Source: Alphaproteobacteria bacterium (GTDB lineage Bacteria > Pseudomonadota > Alphaproteobacteria > Bin95). From it: a stretch of 64,000 nt of DNA. Shown here piece by piece: positions 39,331 through 50,700 of the stretch. The notes below the pieces were generated by a model. The model did no database searches. It was given only the letters and a program-made list of their open reading frames with translations, and had not been told where the DNA came from. Every line of letters begins with the position of its first letter. Position 1 is the stretch's first letter. The translations under genes and the position numbers were made by a program. The stretch is from NCBI GenBank assembly GCA_963665325.3, contig OZ224045.1, positions 1,472,001-1,536,000 of the forward strand. Direction: 5' to 3'.

Positions 39331-40074
39331 ATGCAGAGCGCCTTTCCGCCGATTTTCGTCATCTCCCTCGAACGGGAGCCCGAGCGCCGCGCCCGCATGC
39401 GGCAGGAGCTCGCCGGCTTCGACTTCGAATTTTTCGACGCCGTGGACGGGAAGGCGCTGGATGCCGCCGACTACGCCCACCGCATGGATGCCGAGTGGTT
39501 TCGCATCATGCGGGGCCGTGAGCTGGCGCCGGGAGAAATCGGCTGCTTCCTCTCGCACTACGGCCTGTGGGAACGCCTGGTCGAGACCGGGATACCTTGC
39601 GCTCTCGTGCTCGAAGACGATGCCCGGCTTGAAGACGGGTTTCGGGAGGTCGTCGCGGAGGCCGTGAAGATTCAGGACGAGTGGGATGTTGTCTATCTCG
39701 CCGCGATGAAGAAGCCGCTGCGCACAGTCCGCATGATCGCCGCCCTGGACGGCTGCCGATGGCTCATCCAGTGCCGCCGGCGCACAGGGGGCGTCGGCTA
39801 TCTCATCCGGCTGGATGCTGCGAAGGTGCTGCTACACTACTGCTGGCGTATCCGCTCCCCTATCGACTACCTCTATACGGGTTGGTGGGACAACGGGCTC
39901 CGGGTCTATGCCATCGATCCGGCAATCGTCCGCCATGCCGGAATGCCGTCCACCATCATGACGTGGGAGGGTGGCAAATGGCCGAAGCTGAAGCGGACGC
40001 TTCTCGAACACGCGGCCGGTTATTTCTGGCGCAAGGCCGACAAGCTGCTCTCTCGTGCCCGGTCGAAGGGATAA
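39331..40074 (+). CDS. Glycosyltransferase family 25
   Basis: IFVISLEREPERR, FDAVDG, GEIGCFLSH, LVLEDD. Confidence 0.92.
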   Translation: MQSAFPPIFVISLEREPERRARMRQELAGFDFEFFDAVDGKALDAADYAHRMDAEWFRIMRGRELAPGEIGCFLSHYGLWERLVETGIPCALVLEDDARLEDGFREVVAEAVKIQDEWDVVYLAAMKKPLRTVRMIAALDGCRWLIQCRRRTGGVGYLIRLDAAKVLLHYCWRIRSPIDYLYTGWWDNGLRVYAIDPAIVRHAGMPSTIMTWEGGKWPKLKRTLLEHAAGYFWRKADKLLSRARSKG

Positions 40075-40079
40075 GCGGG

Positions 40080-40904
40080 ATGCTGCCTGTCTTTATCATC
40101 AACCTCGACCGTCGCCCAGACCGTTGGGCGGCCATGACCGCGCAACTCGAACGGCTTGGCATCGAGGCGGCGCGCGTTCGAGCCCTCGACGCCAAGCTAC
40201 TCATGCTGCAAGAGGAGTTCGATCCATCCGAGCCAGGGCGGATGGTCTCTATTGGTGAAGAAGCCTGCACTCTCTCGCATATGAAGGCGCTGGCCGCTTT
40301 TCTGCGCACGACGCACCCGGCCGCCCTCATCCTTGAAGACGATGTTGATATGGCGAACAGCCTGCCAAGCATTCTGGATTCGATGGAATGGTGGCCAAGA
40401 GGGGCGGGCCTCATCAAGCTGGAAACCCACTTCGAGAAACGCCGGCATTTGGGTCCTTCCATTGGCACCGCGCCTGGCTGTCATTCGCTCCACCGGATTG
40501 CATGGGTCCATCCAGGCGCGGCCGGCTATCTCATCAACCGGGAGACCGCAGAGATCGTGTTGGCGGAGGCCGGAACGCACACGATGCAGATCGACCTTTT
40601 GCTGTTCTCTCTGCGGGACTCACCATTGGCACGGCGGTTGGAGCCCGTGCAGATGTTGCCTGCCCTCACCCGCCAGATTGAAGACGAGTTATTCGAGACC
40701 TCCGACATTGCACCGTTCCGACCCAGGACGATGTACAAGCTGTTCAAGAAGCGACAGCGAGCGCAACAAGGTCGGTGGATGCGCTGGCGGCAGAAGCTGC
40801 GGATCGTGCTGCTTCAAGTGACCGGGCGCGTTCGCCGTCGGCCCACGCCGTTCGCACAGCGGAAATGCTGCTCTCCCGCGCCCGGTCGCAGGGATAAGCC
40901 ATGA
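40080..40904 (+). CDS. Glycosyltransferase family 25
   Basis: FIINLDRRPDR, EEACTLSH, LILEDD, GAAGYLI. Confidence 0.9.
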   Translation: MLPVFIINLDRRPDRWAAMTAQLERLGIEAARVRALDAKLLMLQEEFDPSEPGRMVSIGEEACTLSHMKALAAFLRTTHPAALILEDDVDMANSLPSILDSMEWWPRGAGLIKLETHFEKRRHLGPSIGTAPGCHSLHRIAWVHPGAAGYLINRETAEIVLAEAGTHTMQIDLLLFSLRDSPLARRLEPVQMLPALTRQIEDELFETSDIAPFRPRTMYKLFKKRQRAQQGRWMRWRQKLRIVLLQVTGRVRRRPTPFAQRKCCSPAPGRRDKP

Positions 40905-41752
40905 AGAAACTTCTGGCCCGGCTGATCGTGGCCTTGGCCGCACTTCTGACCATCAACATGAGCCCGGTGAGGAAAGCCGGTGTCTATGGCCGCGTTAGGG
41001 ACTGGCTAGGCCGTGGGATTCCCGTCGCAATTTCCGGCGGCAGGAAGATAGCGTTTTGCGACAACTCCCGTACAGCCACCGCACAGATTCGCGGTTTGCC
41101 GAAGAACGAACCGGACACCATCGCTTGGATTGAGGCCATGCCAGAAGACGGCGTGCTATGGGACATCGGGGCGAATATCGGCTTTTTCAGCCTCTATGCC
41201 TGCGCCGTCCTGGGCGGGAACGGCGTGCGTGTCGTAGCATTTGAACCCGGCGCCGCAAGCTACAGTGTCCTCAACCGGAACATCGAAGGCAACGGGATGG
41301 ACGCCCGCGTTGTCGCCTATTGCGTGGCCCTGGCCGGCGCAACCCGGACAGGAACACTCAATATGGGCGCAATCGGCGAAGGCACCGAGGCCGGCGGCTG
41401 GGGTAATGGGTTTGACTCCGAAATCGAGAGCCTCGAACGAAATATCGGCACGGTTTTCCGGCAGGGAGCGGTCGGATTTTCCGTTGACGACTTTGTGCAG
41501 ATGTTCGGGCCGCCTCTGCCGACGCATGTCAAAATGGATGTTGACGGTATCGAGGCAGAAATTCTGCGCGGAGGCAGGCGCACGCTGTCCGCAGGCACGG
41601 TGCGCTCCATGATTGTCGAGATGGAAGGCGACCTGGACTCGCCGCGCAACCGGGAGTTGTTCGCGGTGATGGCCGAACTCGGTTTCGCGCCCCTGCCGAA
41701 GCTGGCGCCGGAACTGCGGAACGTGATATTCGAGCGCCCTGGAGGGGCATGA
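40901..41752 (+). CDS. FkbM family methyltransferase
   Basis: WDIGANIG, VAFEP, HVKMDVDGIE. Confidence 0.92.
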   Translation: MKKLLARLIVALAALLTINMSPVRKAGVYGRVRDWLGRGIPVAISGGRKIAFCDNSRTATAQIRGLPKNEPDTIAWIEAMPEDGVLWDIGANIGFFSLYACAVLGGNGVRVVAFEPGAASYSVLNRNIEGNGMDARVVAYCVALAGATRTGTLNMGAIGEGTEAGGWGNGFDSEIESLERNIGTVFRQGAVGFSVDDFVQMFGPPLPTHVKMDVDGIEAEILRGGRRTLSAGTVRSMIVEMEGDLDSPRNRELFAVMAELGFAPLPKLAPELRNVIFERPGGA

Positions 41753-41882
41753 CATGACGTCCACCTTTCGCCGCATGAGCTACCCGCACAAGGCGGACGC
41801 GCGCGACTTGATTGTCCAGCTGACGACAGTGGGAAACAGCATCATTGCACCCAGCGCAAACCGAAGGGGCTTATATACCAGT

Positions 41883-42089
41883 TTACCCGAGGTGACTGAC
41901 CGCCGCCCCGAGGAGGCTGGTCGTCGCCATTATCGCGACCACGACCAGGATGACGACGATGAGCGTCATCGCCGACGCCATTGCCTCTCTTCCGAGTTCT
42001 CCCCGGAGCCCGCCAGCCAGCCATAGAAAGAGCGTCAGCCACGGGGTGGCAATCCAGAGACACACGACTAGAAAACCGCGTAGCGTCAT
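41883..42089 (-). CDS. Small hypothetical two-TM membrane protein
   Basis: 68 aa, two hydrophobic segments, RBS GGGGAG. Confidence 0.45.
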   Translation of the reverse strand: MTLRGFLVVCLWIATPWLTLFLWLAGGLRGELGREAMASAMTLIVVILVVVAIMATTSLLGAAVSHLG

Positions 42090-42363
42090 GCTCCCCTTCC
42101 GAGCACGTCACAGAATGGCCGGTATGGCCTTTCTTCCCTTCGTCGCCCCGGCTCGGCTTGCACGTGTCGCGACAGTCGGCCACCAGGGTAGACTAGCGGG
42201 TGCGGACGGTAAGCTCAAGGCGGAGAGGCCATACTGCGGGCCGGCCGAGACATGTCTATGGTGCTCCTCGGCCCGCAACCACCGAGACCGACACGGGCTT
42301 GTCGTGGACATCTAAGTCTCGAATATTTCGAGCAATCGTAGCTTATGTGTCCGGCGAGGTATG

Positions 42364-44301
42364 TCAGCCGGTCGAATTCGCCCGCTTGCGCATGAACCGG
42401 CCGGCGGCGAATACCCCGGCCAGGATGACGAAGCCGGCGGCGTCGCTCTCGAAGCCCGGTAAGAGGAAGGCCGCGGCGGCGCCGAGCAGCGGCAGGCGCA
42501 GCGGCCACTCGATGCGGCCGACGCCGTAGAGCCAGCCCTCGAACCCTGCGGCCATCAGCCAGACGGCGACGATCGCCGTGCCGGTGTCGTGCAGGATATC
42601 GAAGAAATTGCCCTCCAGAATGAGCGTCGGCGTCAGCACGAACAGGAAGGGCAGGATGAAATTGATGATGCCCATGCGCATGGCCATGAAGCCGGTGCGC
42701 AGCGCATTGGAGCCGGAGATCGTCGAGGCCGCCACCGCCGCCAGAGCCACGGGCGGGGTGATGTAGGACAACATGCCCCAATAGAGGATGAACAGGTGGC
42801 TCGCGATAACATTCAGGCCCGCTTCCTGCAGTGCAGGGCCGAGCACGATGGCGAGGAAGATGTAGCAGGCGCTGACCGTCATCCCCATGCCGAGCACGAA
42901 GCTCGTGACCGCGCCCATGGCGAGCAGGAACAGCACATCGTCGCCGGCCAGCAGAACGAGCTCGCTCGAAAAGGCGGGGCCGACGCCCGTGAAGGATAGC
43001 GCGCCGACGATCATGCCGATGCCGACCAGTATGCCGACGATATTGGCGATATTGCGCGCCGCGTCGTCGAGCAGGTCCAGCAGCCGGGCAGGGCGGAACG
43101 GAATGCGCCCCGGCGCGAGCTTGGACATGGTCGCCGAGGACAGCAGCAACACCAGGGTGGCGTAATAGGGCGCCTGACTCTCCACGCCGACCCAGATCAG
43201 CAGGTAGATCAGCACGGCGAGGCTGAAGAGGAAATGCCAGCCGTCCGCGAGCACCGCGCCGAGTTTCGGTATTTCCGAGCGGTCCTGCCCGACAAGGCCG
43301 TTGCGAGCCGCGAAATTATCCGCCTGCAGGAGCAGCGCCAGATAGAACAGTACGGCCGGCACGAGTGCGGCGATGACCACGGTCGCGTAGGAAATGTTGA
43401 GGATCTCGGCCATAATGAAGGCGACCACGCCCATGACCGGCGGCATGAGCGCGCCGCCGGTGGAGGCGCAGGCCTCGACGGAGGCCGCATAGGTCGGCGG
43501 ATAGCCGGTGCGCCGCATGGTCGGGATGGTGAGCTTGCCGGTCGTCACGACATTGGAGATGACGCTGCCGGAGAGCGAGCCGAAGAAGCCGCTGGAAAGC
43601 ACCGCGACCTTGGCCGGCCCGCCCCGCGTCGTGCCCATAAGCGCAGTGGCGAAGGACATGAAGAACTCGCCGCCGCCGGTGATCGCCAGCGCCGAGCCGA
43701 AGACGAGGAAGCCGATCAGGATCGAGGACACGGCGCGCATCGGCACGCCGATAATGCTCTCCGTGCCCATGGCATGGACCCGCACGACCTCCTCGAACGG
43801 GCTCTGCGGCCCCCACATGAAGCCCGGCATCTGCTCGGCGAACAGCGGGTAGAGGAAGAAGAAGCCGCAGATCGCGAACAGCACCCAGCCGCCTATGCGG
43901 CGCACCGCCTCCAGCGCCATCAGGCAGACCAGGCCGGCGATGACCGTGGCGCCGGCCGGGGCCAGTATGTCCCACCCCTCCTGGATGATGCGTTCCCCGT
44001 TCCAGGCGAGATACAGCCCCGCGGCGATCGCCGCGGCGAACAGGGCCCAGTCGTAAAGCGGTATCCGGTGGGAGGCCTTTTTGTGGGCCGGATAGATCAC
44101 GAAAACCAGCGAGAGGAACAGCGCGACGAGTATGTAGTAATAGGATGTATCGATCATCAGGTGACCGACGAAAAACTGCAAATTGTAGATCTGGTTTATA
44201 TGCAGAAAGATACCCGTGAACCCGAAGACCAGAATTAGCGGGCGGGCGATTGCTCCCTCGCCGCGAACCGGCAGTCGCGAGAGTTGCGTGGCTTCGGTCA
44301 T
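42364..44301 (-). CDS. TRAP transporter fused permease (4TM/12TM, TAXI type)
   Basis: GGPAKVAV, EACASTGG..MPPVMG, SYITPPVALAA. Confidence 0.94.
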   Translation of the reverse strand: MTEATQLSRLPVRGEGAIARPLILVFGFTGIFLHINQIYNLQFFVGHLMIDTSYYYILVALFLSLVFVIYPAHKKASHRIPLYDWALFAAAIAAGLYLAWNGERIIQEGWDILAPAGATVIAGLVCLMALEAVRRIGGWVLFAICGFFFLYPLFAEQMPGFMWGPQSPFEEVVRVHAMGTESIIGVPMRAVSSILIGFLVFGSALAITGGGEFFMSFATALMGTTRGGPAKVAVLSSGFFGSLSGSVISNVVTTGKLTIPTMRRTGYPPTYAASVEACASTGGALMPPVMGVVAFIMAEILNISYATVVIAALVPAVLFYLALLLQADNFAARNGLVGQDRSEIPKLGAVLADGWHFLFSLAVLIYLLIWVGVESQAPYYATLVLLLSSATMSKLAPGRIPFRPARLLDLLDDAARNIANIVGILVGIGMIVGALSFTGVGPAFSSELVLLAGDDVLFLLAMGAVTSFVLGMGMTVSACYIFLAIVLGPALQEAGLNVIASHLFILYWGMLSYITPPVALAAVAASTISGSNALRTGFMAMRMGIINFILPFLFVLTPTLILEGNFFDILHDTGTAIVAVWLMAAGFEGWLYGVGRIEWPLRLPLLGAAAAFLLPGFESDAAGFVILAGVFAAGRFMRKRANSTG

Positions 44302-44329
44302 ATCGGTTTTCTCGCCCTGTCGGGAGGCT

Positions 44330-44366
44330 CACAAGAAACTCCCCCGCCCGCATGGGGCGGGGGAGC
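44330..44366 (-). terminator. Stem-loop/terminator between TAXI and permease genes
   Basis: CTCCCCCGCCC-loop-GGGCGGGGGAG followed by TTTCTT on the minus strand. Confidence 0.55.
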
Positions 44367-44387
44367 GCCGTTACGAATGAGGAGCGT

Positions 44388-45554
44388 CTAGAGGTTCTCG
44401 TCGCGGTAGCGCTGCCACCAGGCAGGCCATTCCGCGGCAACATCGACCTTTTCGCCTTTTTCTTTCTTCTCCAGGCGCATGGCGTCGAAATCGCCATTGG
44501 CCATGTCCCAGACCTCGATGACCTTCTCCAGCCGCGCGAGCCGCTCGTCATGCCAGGCCTGGTCTTCGGCCGTCCAGTAGCCTTTTTCCTTGGCGTAGCG
44601 GATCGAGCCTTCGTGCCAAGGCGCGTCCGCCGGCGGCCGACCCGCCTTGTCGAGGGCCCAGTTGAAGGAGCTCGCCGTGGTGTTCCTGTAGTCGTCGAAG
44701 CTCATATCGAGAGCCTTCACGAGGTTATAGACCTCATCCGCGCTCTGGCGGGCATAGGTGGTAATCATCGGATAGCGGTAGCCGACCAGCCAGGTCGGGT
44801 TCTCTTCCGATAGGCCCGCGCCGCGCGTTTCCTCCACCGGCTTGACGAAGCTGATAATGCTCTTCATCGCATCCCAGCCGGCCTTGTTGTCCGGCCGGAA
44901 TGGTGGCCAGTAGAGACCGCGCGGGCTCGCCTCGATCTGGCGCATGTTCGCCGAGGTCGTGACGCTGCCAAAGGCGTCGAGCTGGTTGGCGAGCAGCGCG
45001 TCCTTCATAGCCCGGTAGCTGCCGAACCACACCTGCTGCACATCGTCCCTGGTCAGGCCGCCGAAGGCAAGATAGCCGTCATTCTTCACATTGACGGAGG
45101 GGTTCGCCTTGACGAAGCCGATCCGCTTGCCTTTCAGGTCCGACAATTCCTTGACGCCGATATCGCCGGCGGTGGCGAGCCCAACCGCGGCGACGCGGCC
45201 CACGGCGATCCGGAGGTCCTGCGGTCCCCATTCGCGCACCGCGAAGTCGTAAGTGCCTTCCGCGGCGAAGAACGCCTCATTGGCGAGGAAGCCGTAGGAC
45301 ACCTTGCCGGTCGACATCGGCAACAGGCGCCCGATGGAAGTGCCGGCAGGCACGATACGGATGCGGGTGCCGTAATTCTTCCTGAATGCATTGGCGATGC
45401 CGGCGGCTTCAGCATAGCCGGAGGAGCCGAGATCGTAGGCGCTCCAGACCATGGATTTCGGAAGTTTCGGCGCTTGGCCGTCGGCGGCGGCAGCGCCGAC
45501 GAAAGCGAGCGCCGCGGCGCCGGCGACGAGGCCGGTCAGAATACGCGAAGTCAT
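44388..45554 (-). CDS. TAXI family TRAP solute-binding protein
   Basis: Signal peptide, WSAYDLGSSGY, PWHEGSIRY. Confidence 0.88.
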   Translation of the reverse strand: MTSRILTGLVAGAAALAFVGAAAADGQAPKLPKSMVWSAYDLGSSGYAEAAGIANAFRKNYGTRIRIVPAGTSIGRLLPMSTGKVSYGFLANEAFFAAEGTYDFAVREWGPQDLRIAVGRVAAVGLATAGDIGVKELSDLKGKRIGFVKANPSVNVKNDGYLAFGGLTRDDVQQVWFGSYRAMKDALLANQLDAFGSVTTSANMRQIEASPRGLYWPPFRPDNKAGWDAMKSIISFVKPVEETRGAGLSEENPTWLVGYRYPMITTYARQSADEVYNLVKALDMSFDDYRNTTASSFNWALDKAGRPPADAPWHEGSIRYAKEKGYWTAEDQAWHDERLARLEKVIEVWDMANGDFDAMRLEKKEKGEKVDVAAEWPAWWQRYRDENL

Positions 45555-45643
45555 GCTGGGTTCATTCTCCCGGTTGCGAAACGGCGGCCGCCATTGCTGG
45601 GCGGCCGCCAGGCCGAGTCCGTCAGGGACGCGGCAAGGGTCAG

Positions 45644-45920
45644 TTATACCCCGTCTCGGCAAGATTGAGCAGCGGGTAGGCGCTGAACACGGAGGGCGGG
45701 TTGGTGGGCTCGGCGGGAACGACGAATTCCGGGCCGAGATCCCGCAGTCCGCGCAGCCCATAAGGCCGAGCGCCATCATCGTCTCGTCCTCCAGCAGCTC
45801 CAGCATGGCGATGACGCCAGATTCGCCGTTTGCGGCGAGCGCCGCTGCCAGTCGACCGATGACGACCGCGCTGCCGCCGAGCGCGAGCGCCTTCACGACA
45901 TCCGTGCCGCCGCCGTCCAC
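45644..45920 (-). pseudogene. FMN-dependent alpha-hydroxy-acid dehydrogenase C-terminal remnant
   Basis: VDGG-GTDVVKALALGGSAVVIGRL..GESGVIAMLELL, with small deletions and a frameshift. Confidence 0.7.
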
Positions 45921-45979
45921 TCAGACTTCGGCCCTCATGCTTGGTTTCCGCATAATAGGAGGCGGTCCAATGCGAGATC

Positions 45980-46495
45980 GTGCGAGGCTTCTCCCACCTT
46001 GAACCAAGACAGGATGGCCCCCGACGCCCGGTTGAGCGGAAACATCAGCAGGTAGAATCCGTAGAGCGGGTAGGCACAGCAACGAGACCGGCTCGGGCTT
46101 TCGTATCGCGAAGGTCTTCGGAACCTGTTCGCCCACTACGATGTGCAGGGAAGAGAATGTGACGAACCCGATGATAAAGGCGACCGTGTGCAGGGCCTCT
46201 TCCGGCAGGCCCAGCTCCGCGGAACATGAGTTCGAAATGCGCCGCCACGGTAGGCTCACCGATCCATCCCAGGCCCAGCGACGCCATGGTGATCCCCAAC
46301 TGGCAGGCAGCGAGATAAGCCTCGAGGTTTCCGAGGATGCGTCGGGTCATGCGAGCCGAACGACTGCCGTCGTCGGCGAGCGCCTCGACCCGAAACCCCT
46401 TCGCCTTGACCAGCGCGAACTCGGCCGCGACGAAAAAGCCGTTGGCGACCAGCAGCGCCGCCGCCGTGACGAGGGCGATTGCCGAATTCTCCGTC
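45980..46495 (-). pseudogene. Hemolysin/CNNM (DUF21) family remnant
   Basis: NGFFVAAEFALVK, CQLGITMASLGLGWIGEP, HIVVGEQVPK, spread over different frames. Confidence 0.8.
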
Positions 46496-46736
46496 TTGGG
46501 TCACCCCGTCCTTAGTCGGAAGTGCGACAGTCTGATGCCAAGGATGGCTATGAAATCGCCGTCTGGCTTCGATTCCCGCGATGGGCGTCGCAGTCGCCGT
46601 AGGTTGCGGACTCTGGCCTAGTTGGGATTGGCTAAGAACGAGCGGTGAGTCGAACAGGGTGACGCTTCGCAACATCGCACTCGTCGCCGGCGCTGTTTTC
46701 GCCGCGCTGCCATCCTGGCGTCGAGATTGCGGGACG

Positions 46737-47498
46737 TTACTCAAACTCCAAGGCTATATCCGAAGTCCAATTGTCCAGCTCCCGCTCGAAACCCTTCTCG
46801 ACCGCCTCGTGAAGACGCTGGCCGGCTTCTTTTGCTGCGGCGACAAATTTGCTGCGCCGGGGGTCTTCATTGAGACGGTCTCTGTGCCAAACGTTATTTT
46901 TCCACTCGCTTGTCTCCAGTGGAAAGCCGAAATGTTCGGGATCGGACAAATACATCGCCACGATAAAATGGCACCTGCTCGACTTGAAGAACTCGTTCCT
47001 GAGATATGTGGCCCTTCCCATTCCTCTTTCTTTTATTGCATGGTTTATCTTTCTCTGAAAATCGGACTTGGGATCCTTATATGGCAACACTATGTAATGA
47101 TTAAGATTCCAGCAACTTGCATCCTTGGGATTGTAATTCCGATCCGATGAATTATGGTGTGTGCCTTTCCGGTCGCATAACGTATTCCGACGTTTCCACC
47201 CTGTGCAATTGGACGATTCGACATTTCCTCGAATGAAGATAGCTTGAAACCCGGATTCACCCGAACCCTGACCCAAGACAGCCTCTCCAAGCTTTCCGAG
47301 ACCACCTTTCCGCCAATTGTGTGCCGCCAACACTTCCCACTCGCCCTTGGGTAGAGGGATTTGGCTCTTTCCTATGGTTACGACATTCTCAACCTTACTG
47401 CCTATCGGCATATCGGTCAGCTCCCCGGAATATGCCGGGGATACGAAGAGACAAAGGAGAGCCACTGGGATTGAATGGAAACCGAATTTCATTCTCAC
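46737..47498 (-). CDS. Hypothetical exported protein (low GC)
   Basis: Signal peptide ..LLCLFVSPAYS, several Cys, 253 aa ORF. Confidence 0.65.
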   Translation of the reverse strand: MRMKFGFHSIPVALLCLFVSPAYSGELTDMPIGSKVENVVTIGKSQIPLPKGEWEVLAAHNWRKGGLGKLGEAVLGQGSGESGFQAIFIRGNVESSNCTGWKRRNTLCDRKGTHHNSSDRNYNPKDASCWNLNHYIVLPYKDPKSDFQRKINHAIKERGMGRATYLRNEFFKSSRCHFIVAMYLSDPEHFGFPLETSEWKNNVWHRDRLNEDPRRSKFVAAAKEAGQRLHEAVEKGFERELDNWTSDIALEFE

Positions 47499-47776
47499 TA
47501 CCCCCGATTGGAAAGCTGAAGAACAATACGGATGATGCTGGAATCCTGAGTATTGTCAATAGGAGCTCTTGTCCGGACAGGCGTGAGTTTGGCATGGCGA
47601 TGACGGGAGCGCTGGTCTGACCTGGTTCATGCGGCGCGTTTAGCGGCGTTGCGGGTGCAATTGTTGTCGTTGGCCGGGGTATCGGCATCGCCCATGACGC
47701 CGGCCCAGGCGTGGTCGAAGCGTCCGGATTTGATGAGGCCGCGGACTGTGAGCACGGCCTGCGTCCGGACACCGCC

Positions 47777-50700
47777 TTAACGGGGAATGAAATAGCGGTT
47801 TTCGCCGTCCGGGCCGTCCGCTGTTCGTTGCGCCGCGCCGGCAGCGGCGAGGGTTTCGAGGGTCTTTTCCACGGCCTTGCACCGGCGGGGCGAATCCTTG
47901 CCCTTGAAGGCTTCGCTCAACGCTGCCGCACCGGCGGGAGCGGCGGCGCGGTCCAGCATGTCGCGGAGCGCGCGGATGCGGGCCAGCTCCTCCCTCGGCC
48001 ATGCCGGCTTGCCCTTGGCGGCCTTCGGCGCGGCAAGGTCCGCCTCCTCCTGGTGGCCCTTCGCCTTGTGGCCGAGCTTCGGTATCTGGTAGTCGGGCCG
48101 CAGCCAGCGGACCGTGCCGACTTGCTCCTCTTCCGCCCGCTCCCGGTTCAGCGCGACGAGGCGGGCGAGCAATTCCTCCTCCGCTTCCTCCTGTTCCGGC
48201 GTCTTGTGCGGCGAGGGCATCGTGGCGCCCGGCCTGCCGATCAGCGCAGGCGCGAGGTCAGCCCAGCCGTAAGCCTCGAAGACGCCGCGGTCTATATCGT
48301 CGTGGATTTCCTTCAGGACCGAGACCAGCCCGGTCTCGTGAGCCTCCCGCTCCTTCGGCGTGAGTGCCGGAACCTCACAACCGTTATCCAGTTCCCGCAC
48401 CCGCTCCAGCACATTGTAGAGCGCCGTCATGGTTAGAAAGTTGCGCTCGGCGAGACGTTCCTTGCGGAAGCTGTCGAGGCGTTCGCCAAGATCGGCAAGC
48501 ACGGGGGCCAAGTTGTTCTGCCCGTCAAGAGCAGGAAACGGCATAGGGTCGAAGGTACGGGACTTGCTGTAGCGCGGATCATTGCCCATTCCGAGCCAAC
48601 CGCCAGCCTCAATCGACCAATGAACATGAACCCGAGAAGACAGCACTGCAAGCAAACTTGCCGCATCGGAACCAATACAAACAAGCATATTGTCAGGCCT
48701 TATATTTGCATCGAGAAATTGGAAGAATCGGTGCTTCGATGTTTCCGACGTAGCAATGTAGCGATCCAGAGGCTCGAGAACCGGCCTCAAATCGGAACGT
48801 GGTTCGCCGAAAATCCACCAGTTATCGCGATAGGTCCGGCGGTTGTTCTGGTCCCGATCCGGTTTCACATGGTCGAGGACATGCTGATAAACTCTTGGAA
48901 ATTGCTCGCGCACCTGTTTCGCTGATAGCGGCCAGAGGTCGACAACCATAACACCGCGTGGATGCCGAGCGAGGTCCTGGCCGTTGCGGTAGGGCAGGAT
49001 ATGCTTTTCCAGTCCCGGCACAGACCCGAGGCCGAGCGCCTCGGCCTGTCGCGGCGTAACTTTGAAGCCGGCGCCGTGCAGCTTGACGCCGGGGCTGGAA
49101 ATCATGTCGTTCGCCAGCAGCGGCCGGACCGCTGTAATGTCCGCGCCGACTTTCAGATTGCCGGCGATCCTTCCGTTCCGTTCCCTCAATTCGACAAGCG
49201 GCGTATCGGTATTGAGGCCGTCTTCCCGCACAACCGCCGCGAGCCTGCCTTCGCTTCCGCCGCGCACCGCAACGGTCATGGCGATGCGCACCGCCGCCTT
49301 GTCCACCGCCTTCAGCCACGGATGGTCCGGCACGGCATAAGCCAGCGCCAATGGCTCCTTCGCCTCCATATGCCGTTCGATCACGCGCCGGGAAAAGGTC
49401 TGCGTCACCGAATTGGTGGTGATGAAGCCGAAGCGGCGCAGCGGGTTGATTCCGCCCTTCCTCGGCTTTCCCAGCAGGCGCGCGGCGGCCTCGTCCCAGA
49501 AGTGCATGACGAAATCCGCGCCGCCGGGAACCTTCTTGCGCGCCTTCCAGCAGGCTTCGGCGTAGCCGTCGCCGAGCTTCAAGCGCATGTCCTTCCCGCC
49601 GATGAAGGGCGGGTTGCCCACGACGAATTCCGCCTCCGGCCACTCGGCCGGGCGGGGGTTCTCGTAGCGGTACAACTCCACCTGCGCGTCGGGATCGGGA
49701 ATCTCCTCGCCGGTAATCGGATGCAGCTTCATCGTGACGCCGTCCCAGCGGGAAAGCGGCTTGCCGTCCTCGCCGCGAAGGACCTCCTGTCTGTCCCAGG
49801 CCAGAACCGCATCCTGCTCCCGGATCGTGCCGTAGGCGTGCAGCACGGGCTCGGCGATCCGGTCCAGCGGGAAGGTGCGAAGCTGCCATTTCAGGTAGCC
49901 GAGCCACAGCACCAGATCTGCAATAGCGACGGCGCGCGGGTTGAGTTCCAGCCCGTAAAACTGGCGCGGGCCGACCGTCTCTCCCTCCATGACGAAGCGC
50001 GGTGCGTTCTCGCCCAGCCCCTCCAGCGCGTCCAGCGCCTCGCCTTCGAGCCGCTTCATCAGTTCCAGCGAGACATAGAGGAAATTGCCGGTGCCGCAGG
50101 CCGGGTCCAGCACGCGGGTCGTGCAGAGCTTGTGGTGGAAGTCCTTGACCCTGTTGAGCGCGGCGTCGCGGTCCCCCGCCTCGTCCAGCGCATGGGCCTC
50201 CGCCAGCGCCGCTTCCCAGTCGGCGCGCAGCGGCTCGATAATCGTAGGCACGACCAGCCGTTCCACATAGGCGCGCGGCGTGTAATGAGCGCCGAGTTCC
50301 CCGCGCTCCCGCTTGTCCAGCGCGCGTTCCAGAAGCGCGCCGAAAATGGCCGGCTCCACATCGCGCCAGTCGCGCCCGGCGGCGATACGGAGTTCGCGGA
50401 TTTCGTTCGCCTCCAGCGGAATCGCCGTGCGTTTCCGGAACAGCGAGCCGTTGAAGCGCCTGACCGTCGCGTTCAGGTGCGGGGCGTAGCCGCCCTCGTC
50501 CATGACCTGCCACAGGCTCTCCAGCGCCGGGGCGAAATGCTGCGGCGTATCGACCATCCGGCCCAGCAGCGTCTCGAAGCCCTTCTCCGGCAGCAGGCCG
50601 ACATCCTCGGCGAACATGGTGAACAGGCAGCGCATGAGGAATTCGGCGACTTCCTCGGGGTGGTGGCCCCTGTCTTCCAGGCTGCGGGCGATGCGGGCGA

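Noticed and set aside
44388-45920. 510 aa dehydrogenase-TAXI fusion
   Set aside because: The upstream part is a deleted, frameshifted stump; the TAXI gene has its own signal peptide at 45554.
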